A stretch of DNA of 64,000 nucleotides from a virus. Taxonomy: Duplodnaviria > Caudoviricetes. Below, piece after piece: positions 1 through 10,707 of this stretch (the first letter of the stretch is position 1; each line of letters starts with the position of its first letter). The notes under the pieces are model-generated. The model was not told where the DNA came from, made no database searches, and saw only the letters and a list, made by a program, of their open reading frames with translations. Made by a program: the position numbers and the translations under genes. The stretch is from the IMG/VR virus record IMGVR_UViG_2593339273_000007, positions 10,582-74,581 of that record; one strand, given 5' to 3'.

Positions 1-1245
1 ATATTTTATCCTTTCCCTTTCAATATCTAAAACGGGAATCCCCTTTTCTCCCCTACTTACATTTCTTCCGATACTCTTCCAATAGTCATATTCCGCACAG
101 GCTGTTGCCTTTTCATTTACTGTATATATGCTAAGTTGATTAAAATACGGATATTTATAGTTGTTTCCCACTACCTTAAGATAGGTTTCATACCTATCTA
201 TATCTTTTTTAAATTCTTCTTTTGCAAAATCAAGAATTTGTTTGACTTCATCAAATTCATATCTTGGCACTGTATCTCCCTCCTTTTTTCTTTTATTTTC
301 ATGTCTTTTTTCTTCTGCTTTATCCTTTAACAGTTCCTCTTTTCTCCAATCGTAAAATTGATTGATAGAGCTTATCGCCTTATCTGCAATATAGTGGATA
401 TAGTCGGTATTGCCTCGTCTTTTATACCATTTTTCTCTTTTCAGTCCGCTATTTTCCATAAGAGATATGGCTTTTTGTGTATCGGAGGTATAATAAATTA
501 GTCTCCCAAGCATAAAAAAATCAGCCTCTGATCTACTGTTAAAATATCTTTCATAATTCCCATAATATATCCTTCTTAGATCTTCTCCAGTATATGAAAA
601 ATATCCTCTGTCAAATAGCTTTTCTACTATATCCTGATCATCTTTTAAAAAAGTAGTAATCTGATTTCTTTTATTTTCATTGTTAATTACGTCTATCTTG
701 GGCATATATTTTTCATATAAGGGTTTTAACTCACTGTCAATATTTACTACTTTGTTTCTGTCTCTGTCTTTTATGATATTACCGGTAACTGTAAAAAATC
801 TATCCTTATCATAGATTTCAAGATTTTTGTATCTTTTTCTTATTCCCGGTACCTCTCCAATCCCTATAAAATGGAGTCCCGTTTTTGATGGAGATATTTC
901 GGCATAGGTGGAAATTCCTCTTAAAAAATCGGCTGTCATAGACTTTGCATGATAATCCATACTATATACAAAAATATCATCACTTACCTTATCGATATCT
1001 ATTCCGATATATCCGTCTCCTAAGAAAAAGCCAAGACCGTCACCAATATTTCGATTAAGTGCTGCTATGCAATCTTCATAAGAATTCCATGTTATTTTAT
1101 CATTGGATTTGGCAGGTTTTCCGTTTGGCATTAAGGGTAATTTGGTGTTCTTCCCGTCTCTTTGAATGATTTTATATAGACACCAGCGTTTCTCTTTTTT
1201 AAGATTATCAGGAATGTTTTCATAATTTTTTATGAGGTCATTCAT
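1..1245 (-). CDS. 5' part of a large protein: N-terminal primase-polymerase (NrS-1/AEP-like) domain followed by an ArdC-like ssDNA-binding region; probably the ICE's giant helicase/methylase
   Basis: Missing from the ORF track because it runs off the window. ATG at 1245 after GAGGT; frame open to base 1. Motifs YENIPDNLKKEKRWC, GIDID, YAEISPSKTGLH, EIYDKDRFFTVTG, then NYKYPYFNQLSIY..ATACAEYDYWKSIGRNVSRGEKGIPV. Confidence 0.8.
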   Translation of the reverse strand, partial: MNDLIKNYENIPDNLKKEKRWCLYKIIQRDGKNTKLPLMPNGKPAKSNDKITWNSYEDCIAALNRNIGDGLGFFLGDGYIGIDIDKVSDDIFVYSMDYHAKSMTADFLRGISTYAEISPSKTGLHFIGIGEVPGIRKRYKNLEIYDKDRFFTVTGNIIKDRDRNKVVNIDSELKPLYEKYMPKIDVINNENKRNQITTFLKDDQDIVEKLFDRGYFSYTGEDLRRIYYGNYERYFNSRSEADFFMLGRLIYYTSDTQKAISLMENSGLKREKWYKRRGNTDYIHYIADKAISSINQFYDWRKEELLKDKAEEKRHENKRKKEGDTVPRYEFDEVKQILDFAKEEFKKDIDRYETYLKVVGNNYKYPYFNQLSIYTVNEKATACAEYDYWKSIGRNVSRGEKGIPVLDIERERIKY

Positions 1246-1259
1246 AGCTGCTACCTCTA

Positions 1260-1370
1260 CTATATTTCCACTCCCTTATCTTTTTTAGGTACTTTTGCAT
1301 CCCTTACTTTTTCTTCCTTCTTGATTTTTTGTTGATTTTCCTGTGATTGTAATACTTCGTTCTTATCCAT
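1260..1370 (-). CDS. small hypothetical protein (36 aa)
   Basis: AGGAGG RBS then MDKNEVLQSQENQQKIKKEEKVRDAKVPKKDKGVEI*. Confidence 0.45.
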   Translation of the reverse strand: MDKNEVLQSQENQQKIKKEEKVRDAKVPKKDKGVEI

Positions 1371-1412
1371 ACTTATCCTCCTTCGTTTTTTCAATTGTTT
1401 TATTCCATCCTT

Positions 1413-1964
1413 TTATCGAATCCACCTTAACTCCGTAATACCTTTGTATCCCACCTCCCATATAAACCATGCAAAGGCAATGGCACTGCTTTTGTATTTC
1501 TCAAATTCTCCGTTTTTGGCACAATTTAATCTTTTGGAAAATACATATACTCTTTTTGGTGGATACTTTCTAAATAACTCATATCTTGATTGACCCTCTA
1601 AAAATGCCAATCGAAAGAGCATTGCTATTTTTACGCCCTCTCCTGATATTTCAAGTGCGTGTCGTAAAAACTCACTTGCACAAAAATATGGCGGATTGGT
1701 TACTATATCCATTTTATTTTCTTTAAGTGCAAAAAAATCAACTTCTCTTTCTTCTCCATATCCCCTATAACAAATATCTGTCGCTTTTACCGTATATCCG
1801 TATTCTTCTAAAATTTTTCCGATATGTCCCATCCCGCAAGCCGGCTCATAGACTAAAGATTTAAACTGTTCTCTTTTTAAAAGTTCATAGGTTGCCCTTT
1901 TATCGGTAGCATAAAAATCCAATTTTTCTCTGTTTTTACTGAATTTTATTAGCGTATCAAACAT
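1413..1964 (-). CDS. putative DNA adenine methyltransferase (minimal, phage/ICE type)
   Basis: DFYAT, EPACGMG (SAM-binding) and IVTNPPY catalytic motifs. Confidence 0.8.
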   Translation of the reverse strand: MFDTLIKFSKNREKLDFYATDKRATYELLKREQFKSLVYEPACGMGHIGKILEEYGYTVKATDICYRGYGEEREVDFFALKENKMDIVTNPPYFCASEFLRHALEISGEGVKIAMLFRLAFLEGQSRYELFRKYPPKRVYVFSKRLNCAKNGEFEKYKSSAIAFAWFIWEVGYKGITELRWIR

Positions 1965-1967
1965 AGG

Positions 1968-3680
1968 CTACTCCTTATTATACTGAGCAATAACATCTTT
2001 AATTTCCGTTTCAATTCCGGACAAAAATTCCTTTTTAGAAGACTTGCCATGTGCAATGTCTGTCAATTCCATTTCCCACTTTGCTGTCGTTTCTGCCGAT
2101 TTAAAGATATCTGCTACAATCGTTACAAGGCTGATTCCTTTATTAGTGGCAATCAAATTTTTCTTATCTCTTTCAATAAAACCTTTGAAAATTAAATTTT
2201 CTATAATCCCTGCACGAGTTGCCGGTGTGCCAAGTCCTTTTCGTTCGACCTCTACCCCTTTTTCAAGTGCTTCATTTCCTGCCAATTCCATGCTTTTTAA
2301 TAGGGTGTTTTCTGTAAAGTGTTTTGGAGGCTTAGTATATTTTTCTTTAATCTCTTTATTTTCAATGCTTAAAACATCTCCAATACTTACATCAGGAAGC
2401 TCCATATCCTCATTCTTCTTGGATTTGTATTCTTTAAGATATTTTGTAAAGCCTTCATATATAATGACTTTTCCTGAACTTGTAAATTCAAAGCCGTCAA
2501 AAATTGCTACAATCTTAGTAGTATTCTCGATTAAAGGATAACCTACACTTGCGTGTAGCTTATTAAAAATAAGTCCATACACTTTTGCTTCACTCTCCGG
2601 AATACTCGATAAATCTTCACTCATTGAACTTACTGTCGGTATAATAGCATGATGATCCGTTACCTTGCTTGAATTAAAAATGACCTTAATACGCTGTGTA
2701 TCAAAGTCATTTTGTCCCAATATGTTGTTTATCATACTTGTAATCATATCTGTTGTAAGGTATCTGCTGTCCGTTCTCGGATAAGTAATAAGTTTTTTCT
2801 CATACAAACTTTGTGCATAATCAAGGGTTTGCTTTGCACTATATCCAAAATACTTATTACACTCTCTTTGGAGCGTAGTTAAGTCATAGGGTAAGTCGGG
2901 CTTTGTGATTTTTTCTTTCTGAATGACATCGGTAATTTCAATCCTATCGCCTACTAAATTTAAGAGCTGCTCAGCTGCTATTTCATCATCAATTCTGTCT
3001 GTGGAAAGTATAAAACCGTCCATAGATAGCTCTACGGTATAGTATTTCTCTTTCTTGAAATTTGCTATCTCGTCATCTCGTTTTACAATCATGGCAAGAG
3101 TCGGTGTCTGCACTCTGCCAACAGAGTAATTCTGCTTGTAAAGGCAAGAATAAAGTCTACTAATATTCATTCCTACTAACCAATCTGCAATGGCTCTTGC
3201 CTGTGCCGATTCAAAGAGATTATCATAGTCCTTTCCTTCTTTTAGATTATCAAAGCCCTCTTTAACGGCACTGTCTTCCATAGATGAAATCCAAAGACGT
3301 TTCATTTTCTTTTTACAATGAGCCTCATTATATACCAGTCTAAAAATTGCTTCTCCTTCTCTTCCTGCATCACAAGCATTGATTACAAATTTCACGTCCT
3401 TATCATTCATCAGTTTTTTAAGGATAACAAACTGTTTTTTTGTAGGTTTCATTATTTCATATTTATATTCACTTGGAATAATCGGTAAATCTTCTATATT
3501 CCACTTTGCATACTTTTCATCATATCTTTCAGGATTGGACATCTGAATCAAATGTCCAATGCACCAAGAAACTATATATCCGTTCCCCCCATAATATCCA
3601 TCTTTCTTTTTTGTTGCTCCAAGCACCTTTGATATGCTTATTGCAACACTCGGTTTTTCACTTATCACCAGTGTTTGCAT
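1968..3680 (-). CDS. topB: DNA topoisomerase III
   Basis: ISEKPS TOPRIM start, ACDAGREGE, SVGRVQTPTL, ITYPRTDS active-site Tyr, GLGTPATRA. Confidence 0.95.
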   Translation of the reverse strand: MQTLVISEKPSVAISISKVLGATKKKDGYYGGNGYIVSWCIGHLIQMSNPERYDEKYAKWNIEDLPIIPSEYKYEIMKPTKKQFVILKKLMNDKDVKFVINACDAGREGEAIFRLVYNEAHCKKKMKRLWISSMEDSAVKEGFDNLKEGKDYDNLFESAQARAIADWLVGMNISRLYSCLYKQNYSVGRVQTPTLAMIVKRDDEIANFKKEKYYTVELSMDGFILSTDRIDDEIAAEQLLNLVGDRIEITDVIQKEKITKPDLPYDLTTLQRECNKYFGYSAKQTLDYAQSLYEKKLITYPRTDSRYLTTDMITSMINNILGQNDFDTQRIKVIFNSSKVTDHHAIIPTVSSMSEDLSSIPESEAKVYGLIFNKLHASVGYPLIENTTKIVAIFDGFEFTSSGKVIIYEGFTKYLKEYKSKKNEDMELPDVSIGDVLSIENKEIKEKYTKPPKHFTENTLLKSMELAGNEALEKGVEVERKGLGTPATRAGIIENLIFKGFIERDKKNLIATNKGISLVTIVADIFKSAETTAKWEMELTDIAHGKSSKKEFLSGIETEIKDVIAQYNKE

Positions 3681-3703
3681 AAATTCCTCCTTTTTTCTAC
3701 ATG

Positions 3704-3744
3704 AAAAAAGACAATCAGAGTTTGCATTTCTCCAATTGTCTTTT
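3704..3744 (-). terminator. intrinsic terminator-like hairpin between abiEii and topB
   Basis: aaaaaagacaat...attgtctttt inverted repeat with U-tract on the minus strand. Confidence 0.55.
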
Positions 3745-3851
3745 AAAGTTTTATATATTTCATTTTCTATTTTTTAATCCATTTTCCTGTTTGGGAACTA
3801 ACTTACAAAAAAATGTTTGACGCCTTCTTTTCATTGTAAAACCGTTATATG

Positions 3852-4694
3852 CTAATTTTCATTCTTTATTTTTTCCACCATTTTTATTCCGCTGTCCAAT
3901 ACTTCTTCAAAAGTTATATCTTTCGCATACAGATTTTTTCTCGAATAGGCTTGCCATCTTTTCAAAAAGGCTTCATTTATTTTCAATTTTTCCAGTAAGT
4001 CTATGATTTTACCTATGTCAAATTCTGTTTTTCTATAACTAAAAGTTTTTCTGCAAGCCTCTCTTAATATCTCTACATTTACATCTTTATCCTTTAATTT
4101 ATAAATAATATAAAGATCGTAATAATCCTTACTTCTACTATTTAAAAATCCTCTTGCATAAATAGTTTGTATTTTTTCTGCAAGCATAGTTTCTATCGGA
4201 TAAGCCTTGATTATTATTTCTTCTTCTCCAAAAGAACTCACATACTTATAATCTATCGGATGAGGTGTAATAACATCTCCTGTTGCAATGTCAAGTGGTA
4301 CAATCTGTCTTATATTTTCCATTTTACATAAGATATTTGCACGAAATCCTCCATATTGATCTTCTTCTTTGATTGGCACAATGTTTTGCAATTCATAAAA
4401 GATATCGTCGGATTCTTCCGGTTTTAAAGTTTCGTTCAGCATTTGAACAATATTTTCTTCTGATAGTTGCATATTTCTCAAAAGAAAGTCTATATCTACA
4501 GTACTTCTTGAATCAATTCCAACTACACTTGATAACAAAAAGCCGCCCTTAAAAATAAATCGTTCACTATATTCGCTTCCTGCTAATTTTTTTAAAATAC
4601 TTTCTAAAAAATAATATAACATAACAGCATTAAACGAAAGACCGACTTCTTTACTAACTTTATGGCAAAGAGCCGTTAATTTAGCTTTATTCAT
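3852..4694 (-). CDS. abiEii: AbiEii-family nucleotidyltransferase toxin (type IV TA / abortive infection)
   Basis: FIFKGG, RSTVDIDF, AEKIQT, SRSKDYYD motifs; overlaps upstream abiEi. Confidence 0.92.
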   Translation of the reverse strand: MNKAKLTALCHKVSKEVGLSFNAVMLYYFLESILKKLAGSEYSERFIFKGGFLLSSVVGIDSRSTVDIDFLLRNMQLSEENIVQMLNETLKPEESDDIFYELQNIVPIKEEDQYGGFRANILCKMENIRQIVPLDIATGDVITPHPIDYKYVSSFGEEEIIIKAYPIETMLAEKIQTIYARGFLNSRSKDYYDLYIIYKLKDKDVNVEILREACRKTFSYRKTEFDIGKIIDLLEKLKINEAFLKRWQAYSRKNLYAKDITFEEVLDSGIKMVEKIKNEN

Positions 4695-5280
4695 AAGCCA
4701 CCTCCATAACCTCTCTTACTTTATTTTCAATTCCCATTTTCATTGCAATGTCATAGAGGGAATGGATATCTCTTTCTTTATAAGAGGAATATGATTGAAT
4801 AAGTTTTACATAAACCTCTATATCCATTTCTTCTTTATGAGCAATAAAATCACAGAGTGTCCTCTCATATGAATATACCTTAACTTTATTGCCAAACATT
4901 GTAGGTTTTTGGGTTACCCCTAAGTCATAAATTGTTTTTTTTACATAATGAACATTGAAACCGTTCGGTTTTTCATTAAATTTATATCCGTTATAAACGG
5001 TTACATCGATACTCCAAGGAATTTTATCTGTTTGTCCAAGCAGGTAAAGTGCTGTTTCATAAGAAAATATCGCCTTTTTATACTGATGTTGAAAGAAATA
5101 ATACTCATCGTAATCCCCATCTTTCGTTATATAAATTCCTTTTCTTACTTTTGACAATCTCCCATCTTTCAATAGTCGACTGAGATATATCGTCGGTATA
5201 TTATTTTCCTTACAGTATGCTGTTGTAATAATTCCACCTGATTGCTTCAGATATTTTTCAATTTTATTTTCATAATTCAT
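4687..5280 (-). CDS. abiEi: AbiEi-family antitoxin / transcriptional regulator
   Basis: wHTH start with RKGIY, SYETALYL, YSYERTLCD; paired with abiEii. Confidence 0.92.
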   Translation of the reverse strand: MNYENKIEKYLKQSGGIITTAYCKENNIPTIYLSRLLKDGRLSKVRKGIYITKDGDYDEYYFFQHQYKKAIFSYETALYLLGQTDKIPWSIDVTVYNGYKFNEKPNGFNVHYVKKTIYDLGVTQKPTMFGNKVKVYSYERTLCDFIAHKEEMDIEVYVKLIQSYSSYKERDIHSLYDIAMKMGIENKVREVMEVAYE

Positions 5281-5295
5281 CCCATCCACCCCCTT

Positions 5296-5344
5296 TGTTG
5301 CGTTTACACTTGCATTATACCATTTTTTAAGTGTAAACGCAACA
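5296..5344. promoter_or_regulatory. abiE promoter/operator (AbiEi autoregulatory inverted repeat)
   Basis: Perfect 16-bp IR tgttgcgtttacactt / aagtgtaaacgcaaca bracketing a minus-strand TATAAT directly upstream of abiEi. Confidence 0.8.
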
Positions 5345-5373
5345 TCAGGGTTTACATTTCTCTTTTTATAACT

Positions 5374-6996
5374 TTATTCCTCATCTTCTTCATCATAAGA
5401 GTCGATTGCCATATCATCTATGTTATGCTGTTCTTCTACTGTTTCTTCCAAATCTTCTGTATCGTCCTCTTTTTCATACTCATCTTCAAATTCATCATAT
5501 TCTTCTTCATCTTCATCATAATCATCATCTTCCTGCTTTTTCTTGTAGATTTTAAAGTAATATCCTGCTCCAACTACTGCAAGAACGATGATTCCTAAAA
5601 AAATATATGAGCCGCTACCTTTGCTTTCTTCTTTTTTCGGCTCTTCTTTTTTTACTTCGCTTTTCGGTACCGTTTCTTCCATTTTTTTGATTTCTTCTTT
5701 CGGGTTTTCCTTCTTCTCTACCATATTCAGAAGATCATCTTCAGATACTTCAGTCAAAAGCATTACATTTTCACTTTGCTCATCGTGATTGATGATTAAA
5801 TGAAATGTCTTTCCGGATTTTGTCTGGAAAGTAATAAATTGTCTTGCATCTGCTGAATACTTATCTGCTTCTTTGTTATCGCTGCTATCCCCATGATGAA
5901 TTGGATAATCATTATTCGCATTATCTTTATTTTCTGTAACAGTTCCTCTTGCCTTTAACGGAGCTGAAGCCACACCCTTATTGGTATTTACATTGCTACT
6001 TGCACCGTCCATTGATGAATCCTGACTACTGTTATTAGCAGGAGCTTTCGGTGTCAGCTTATTGGGATAGCGAACTTCCTTTTCTTTCTCCTTTGATTCA
6101 GTTTTACCTGTATCTTTTGTAGTATTGCCGGAGCTTACTGCATCAGATGAACCTTTACCGGAACTCTGTGGTGTTTGAGAAGAAATACCTGAGCTTGTCT
6201 TAATCCCTGAAATAGGACTAATCGGTGTAACTGACTGTGATGTTACAGGAGCTTTGTTTGTTTCAGTTGCCTTTTTCTCAAGCTCTTTCACCTTTTCCGT
6301 CAGCTTATCTATTTCCTTTTTCATATCTTCTGATAAGTCTTTATTTCCCTTATCTTTCTTCATTTTTTCTTTCAGACTTTCAATCTCAGCTTCAAGGTCT
6401 TTGATTTTTTCTTTCTGTTTATCGCTTAGTTTGTCTTTATCCCTGATTTCACCATTTAACTTATCAAGTTTATCCTGAAGCTCTTTGGCCTCTTTTTCCA
6501 TTTTGAAAATATCGTCCTTAGAAAGATCTGTCTGTGTTCCCTTATCTTCTGTTTTTTTATCTTCCGTCTGAGTGCTTTCGTCCTGTTTTGGCTTTTCCTC
6601 TTCTGCCTGAGTTTCTTTATCCTTAACTGTAATTTTTTCTACTTTACGGATAATCTCATCTGTACCGTCTCCCTTTACTTTATAGAACAAAAATTCGTCA
6701 ATAAATTTCATATTATCCTCTAACATTGGTAAATCTCCACTGTCAAGAACTTGCCCGGTTTCTTCTTCAATTATTTCTTCCTTATATACACTCTCATCCT
6801 TAAATATATATTTTATCTTAACCTCCACTTTAGTTTGAGCTAAAACTTCTGTGGGACTAATCAGTGTCGGGATTAAACTACCTTGTGCAAAAACAATCTG
6901 GTGATTGAAAAGCATTGTTCCAAGTAAAGCAAATATCAAAAAGATTACTCCGGACAATGTTATCGCCATTTTTTTATTCTTCCATTTGATTTTCAT
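5374..6996 (-). CDS. CD1107-like / DUF4366 membrane-anchored ICE protein
   Basis: Signal peptide, coiled coil, RQFITFQTKSGKTFHLII..LLTEVSEDDLL motif, C-terminal TM plus acidic tail. Confidence 0.8.
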   Translation of the reverse strand: MKIKWKNKKMAITLSGVIFLIFALLGTMLFNHQIVFAQGSLIPTLISPTEVLAQTKVEVKIKYIFKDESVYKEEIIEEETGQVLDSGDLPMLEDNMKFIDEFLFYKVKGDGTDEIIRKVEKITVKDKETQAEEEKPKQDESTQTEDKKTEDKGTQTDLSKDDIFKMEKEAKELQDKLDKLNGEIRDKDKLSDKQKEKIKDLEAEIESLKEKMKKDKGNKDLSEDMKKEIDKLTEKVKELEKKATETNKAPVTSQSVTPISPISGIKTSSGISSQTPQSSGKGSSDAVSSGNTTKDTGKTESKEKEKEVRYPNKLTPKAPANNSSQDSSMDGASSNVNTNKGVASAPLKARGTVTENKDNANNDYPIHHGDSSDNKEADKYSADARQFITFQTKSGKTFHLIINHDEQSENVMLLTEVSEDDLLNMVEKKENPKEEIKKMEETVPKSEVKKEEPKKEESKGSGSYIFLGIIVLAVVGAGYYFKIYKKKQEDDDYDEDEEEYDEFEDEYEKEDDTEDLEETVEEQHNIDDMAIDSYDEEDEE

Positions 6997-7261
6997 GATT
7001 TTCCTCCATATTATTATGATTTTCTGTATTTCTCATTTCCTGTAACTTCATTTTTTCTTGTTTTTCCTCTTTTTTATAACGTCTCATCATTTCTAAAAAA
7101 TCGTCAATAGAAATGTCAATACTTCGGTATTCCTTTAAAACCTCAATATTTTCCATCTCTTCCTGTTCTTCTTTTAACATCTCCTGTTTTAACTGGAGTT
7201 CTTCTATTTTTTCCTGAATATCTTTTTGCTTTTCTATATTTTTTCTATATTTTTTATTCAA
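6974..7261 (-). CDS. conjugative element coiled-coil protein (DUF4315-like)
   Basis: Short coiled coil with EMENIEVL in its conserved position after the CHAP gene. Confidence 0.6.
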   Translation of the reverse strand: MNKKYRKNIEKQKDIQEKIEELQLKQEMLKEEQEEMENIEVLKEYRSIDISIDDFLEMMRRYKKEEKQEKMKLQEMRNTENHNNMEENHENQMEE

Positions 7262-7273
7262 AATATTCCCTCC

Positions 7274-9703
7274 TTATTTTTGTACTGATGGTGGAAATCC
7301 AAACCCCACAGGATGATGTTTACAAAATGTTGCAATCCAATTATCTATGGTAGTTACTCTTATACGTCCTATATTATCCATTACCTTTCCATCTCCGATA
7401 TAAACACCTACATGACCATAGGTAGCACCTAAACTTCCACCGCTACTGCTGCTTTCCACTGCAACAAGCATTCCCACTTTTAGCTTTGACTTATCTGATG
7501 TAAAGGTGTAATTTCGGTACATATCATTAGCGTTTCCTCCTATATATCCAAGTCCTGCATTTTGATATACCTGCGATACCCACATTGCACACCAACCCAT
7601 TCCCGGAGATGGGGTAACATAAGCGGCATTTACTATTTTCTTTTGCACTTCACTTGATGCCTCATATTCTTTTCCTCCGCCGATTCCACCATTTGAATTT
7701 ATAAGGTCAGTATTTCCAAATACTTGTCCCATATTCCCTTGTGCCAAAAACAAAGTTTCGTAGTGTGCCAAGTTATTAGTATAAGATTTAAATGTTTCTC
7801 TGATAATAGAATCCATCTCTCTTTTTTCTAAGGTTACGATGAGTTTTTTATACTCATACGGTTCTTCATGACTTTCAGTATGTTCATTGCCGTCAGCATC
7901 CATATAGCTTGATGTAACAGTTCTATATCTAATTTCGATCTCTTCCTTATAGGTTAAGGTATACATATTTTGAAACAGACTTTTAAGTTCACTTTCTACT
8001 TCAGAAATATTCTTTACGATTCCATAACGAGCTGTGATATAAGACAAGAGTTCATGGACATTATGGCCGATATTCTCTTTTCCATTTATAATATATTCAT
8101 CATATCCCGGATGATTTTCCTTTACACTGTCCATCTCTTCTTGCAAAGCCTGTTCTAAAGATGAAAACTTTTGATTGATTTCTTTGAGTACATCTTCTGA
8201 TGATAAGTAGGTTGTCCCTACGGTATTACTTACCATCCCCGTTCCCATATTCATCATCATACTTCCTGACTGAAAAAGCATAAAAAAGATTCCTACTAAT
8301 AAAAATAGTAGAAATCCTATCTTTTTCCCTCTACCCTTTACAAATTCAGCAAATCTTTTACTGCCCTCTATAAAAGATTTTTTTATTCTGTTTTTTACAC
8401 TGTCTTTATACTTATTTTGAATCTGTCTTTTATACTGCCTTCTTTTAAAAAATTGTCTGAGCCTTGAGGTATTTTGGTAATCCGCACTTTTTTTCAACTC
8501 TTCCATATTTTTTTGAAAGAAGAGTTTCTTTTCTTTTTTTTGAATACTCTTTTCAAGTTTATTTATCTTCTTTTGTCCCTTTAATGCCTTCTTTTTCCCA
8601 CGATGATAGGCATGTCTTGAAAGAGTTTCTATCTTTTCTACAGCCTTATGACTTCCCTCAACTGCTGCGTTATCTTCTTTTCCGCTTTCAAGATACCTCT
8701 TTAACATACCCGTTGCTATTACTGCACTTTTAGCACTTTGTGTTTTTTTGTCAATTCTCTTATTTTTTAATTTCTTCTCTTGTCTTTGCTTTTTTTGCTG
8801 TAACTTGGAGATTTTCTTTTCCTTACTTTCAAATTTATCTGCCTTTTTTTGTGATGTGTTTTTATCAGCAGTTTTTCTTTTATCCTTTGCATCCTGAAAT
8901 GAATTCTTTTTCGTATCCTTATTTCTGGTAAACTCCTTATCATCAAAGTTGCTCCTGGTATATTTATTCTGTTTTTCTACTTTTGGACTTTCATTGAAAA
9001 ATCTTTCTTTGGCATACTGTTTATATTTCTTATTCTTGGATTTTGGATTTTTTATATAGTCATTATAATTTTTTTCCTTATCATTTTGCCTATTATCATA
9101 CTTTTCATCATCTGCAAGAGGTCGATATGACACTTTACTATCCCTAAAATCCACATCGTACCTATCTATTACTCCATCATTATCCATATCCTTCGATAAT
9201 GGATCATAGACTTCCTGTTCTTTTTTAAATTTATCCATCTGTCTTCGCATATTTTTCTTATCTTTAGAAATGACCACACAAGATTCTTGTATATCTTTTT
9301 TCTCACCAAAATTGCGAAAAGAATTACCTTTATAGTTCTTTAAACTTTGCCTTTTAAGCTTATTTTTAAAATCATTGTCATGACTTATATCTAAAGGTAT
9401 CTTTTCATTTAAAAGATCTTGTTTTATATCATCTGAACCTTCATATTTTTTTAAGGAAATATCATCTGAAAAGTCTTCTTTCTTATATTGATTTAAAGTT
9501 TCTTGTTCTTTATAAATCTTCTTTTTTTCTCTCTTATTATCAAAAGACAAATTTTTATTTTCTTCATAATTTTCATTTAAGTTATAAGGATAATTTTCTA
9601 CGGTTTCTGATATGCCTTTTCTTTTTTCATCAATATGTTTTTGATTTTCTTGATTTAATCTATTCTCTTTACTCCTTTTGTACCTCTTGCTTTTGTTCTT
9701 CAT
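7274..9703 (-). CDS. CD1108-like conjugation peptidoglycan hydrolase with C-terminal CHAP domain
   Basis: Central TM, GHNVHELLSY motif, C-terminal WCAMWVSQVY..GNAND..YGHVGVYIG. Confidence 0.85.
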   Translation of the reverse strand: MKNKSKRYKRSKENRLNQENQKHIDEKRKGISETVENYPYNLNENYEENKNLSFDNKREKKKIYKEQETLNQYKKEDFSDDISLKKYEGSDDIKQDLLNEKIPLDISHDNDFKNKLKRQSLKNYKGNSFRNFGEKKDIQESCVVISKDKKNMRRQMDKFKKEQEVYDPLSKDMDNDGVIDRYDVDFRDSKVSYRPLADDEKYDNRQNDKEKNYNDYIKNPKSKNKKYKQYAKERFFNESPKVEKQNKYTRSNFDDKEFTRNKDTKKNSFQDAKDKRKTADKNTSQKKADKFESKEKKISKLQQKKQRQEKKLKNKRIDKKTQSAKSAVIATGMLKRYLESGKEDNAAVEGSHKAVEKIETLSRHAYHRGKKKALKGQKKINKLEKSIQKKEKKLFFQKNMEELKKSADYQNTSRLRQFFKRRQYKRQIQNKYKDSVKNRIKKSFIEGSKRFAEFVKGRGKKIGFLLFLLVGIFFMLFQSGSMMMNMGTGMVSNTVGTTYLSSEDVLKEINQKFSSLEQALQEEMDSVKENHPGYDEYIINGKENIGHNVHELLSYITARYGIVKNISEVESELKSLFQNMYTLTYKEEIEIRYRTVTSSYMDADGNEHTESHEEPYEYKKLIVTLEKREMDSIIRETFKSYTNNLAHYETLFLAQGNMGQVFGNTDLINSNGGIGGGKEYEASSEVQKKIVNAAYVTPSPGMGWCAMWVSQVYQNAGLGYIGGNANDMYRNYTFTSDKSKLKVGMLVAVESSSSGGSLGATYGHVGVYIGDGKVMDNIGRIRVTTIDNWIATFCKHHPVGFGFPPSVQK

Positions 9704-10694
9704 TAAATTGTTTCACCTCACTTTCAATTCTTTTCTTTGCAAGGCTTACGTATTCCTCATTTAATTCAATCCCGATATATTTTCTATCTTGCATAAGTGC
9801 TACAAATCCGACCGTTCCGCTTCCAATAAAAGGATCAAGGATTAATCCTCCTTTCGGTGAGCCTGCAATCATACAGATTTCAGCCAACTTAGGAGGAAAA
9901 GCAGCATAATGCTCCCCTCTAAAAGATATGGTATTGATGGTCCAAATATCTCGTTTATTACGAAACTGCGGAATATTATCTCCTTTATACTCTCCATATT
10001 TTCTTGCCTTATTTATCTTCTGCACGTTTATCCCTGCATCTTCATTTAAATATTTGTTATATTCACTTCTTCCTCTCATATATCTTTTCTTGCTGACTTC
10101 TTTCATCGGCTCTGCCATAGCATCAAAATCATAATAATATTTTGGTGATTTGGAAAGTAAAAAAATATGTTCATAAGAACGAGTAGGTCTATCCCTACAA
10201 GCCTCAGGCATGGCATTTTCTTTGTGCCAGATGATGTCCGAGCGAAGATACCATCCATCTTCTCTTAAAGCAAATGCCAATCTCCAAGGTATTCCCATTA
10301 AATCCTTTGACTTGTAACCTAACACTTTTTGTGTAATTGAAGGGTTTTGTCCATTTCTTCCTTTTGGATATTTAGGATCCATATACTCTCCCTTTCTACC
10401 ACCCGAACCGGCATAGGAATCGCCAATAACAATAAAGCAAGTACCATCTTTTCTAAGAACTCTCCTTACTTGTCTAAAAACTTGTACCAACCTGTCAAGA
10501 TATTCTTCAACCGTAGCTTCTCTTCCTATTTGACCATCGCTTTTATAATCTCTAAGTCCATAGTAGGGTGGAGAGGTAATGCAGCAGTTTATACTTTCAT
10601 CTGGAAAATTCTTTAATGTTTCAAGGGCATCTCTGCAAATAATTGTATTAATATGATTGTCTAAAAAACATATATCTTCTATTTTGTTTCTCAT
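9669..10694 (-). CDS. site-specific DNA methyltransferase (N4C/N6A, beta class)
   Basis: TSPPY catalytic motif, HYAAFP, LDPFIGSGT SAM-binding motif. Confidence 0.92.
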   Translation of the reverse strand: MRNKIEDICFLDNHINTIICRDALETLKNFPDESINCCITSPPYYGLRDYKSDGQIGREATVEEYLDRLVQVFRQVRRVLRKDGTCFIVIGDSYAGSGGRKGEYMDPKYPKGRNGQNPSITQKVLGYKSKDLMGIPWRLAFALREDGWYLRSDIIWHKENAMPEACRDRPTRSYEHIFLLSKSPKYYYDFDAMAEPMKEVSKKRYMRGRSEYNKYLNEDAGINVQKINKARKYGEYKGDNIPQFRNKRDIWTINTISFRGEHYAAFPPKLAEICMIAGSPKGGLILDPFIGSGTVGFVALMQDRKYIGIELNEEYVSLAKKRIESEVKQFNEEQKQEVQKE

Positions 10695-10707
10695 GCCATT
10701 TGCCCTC

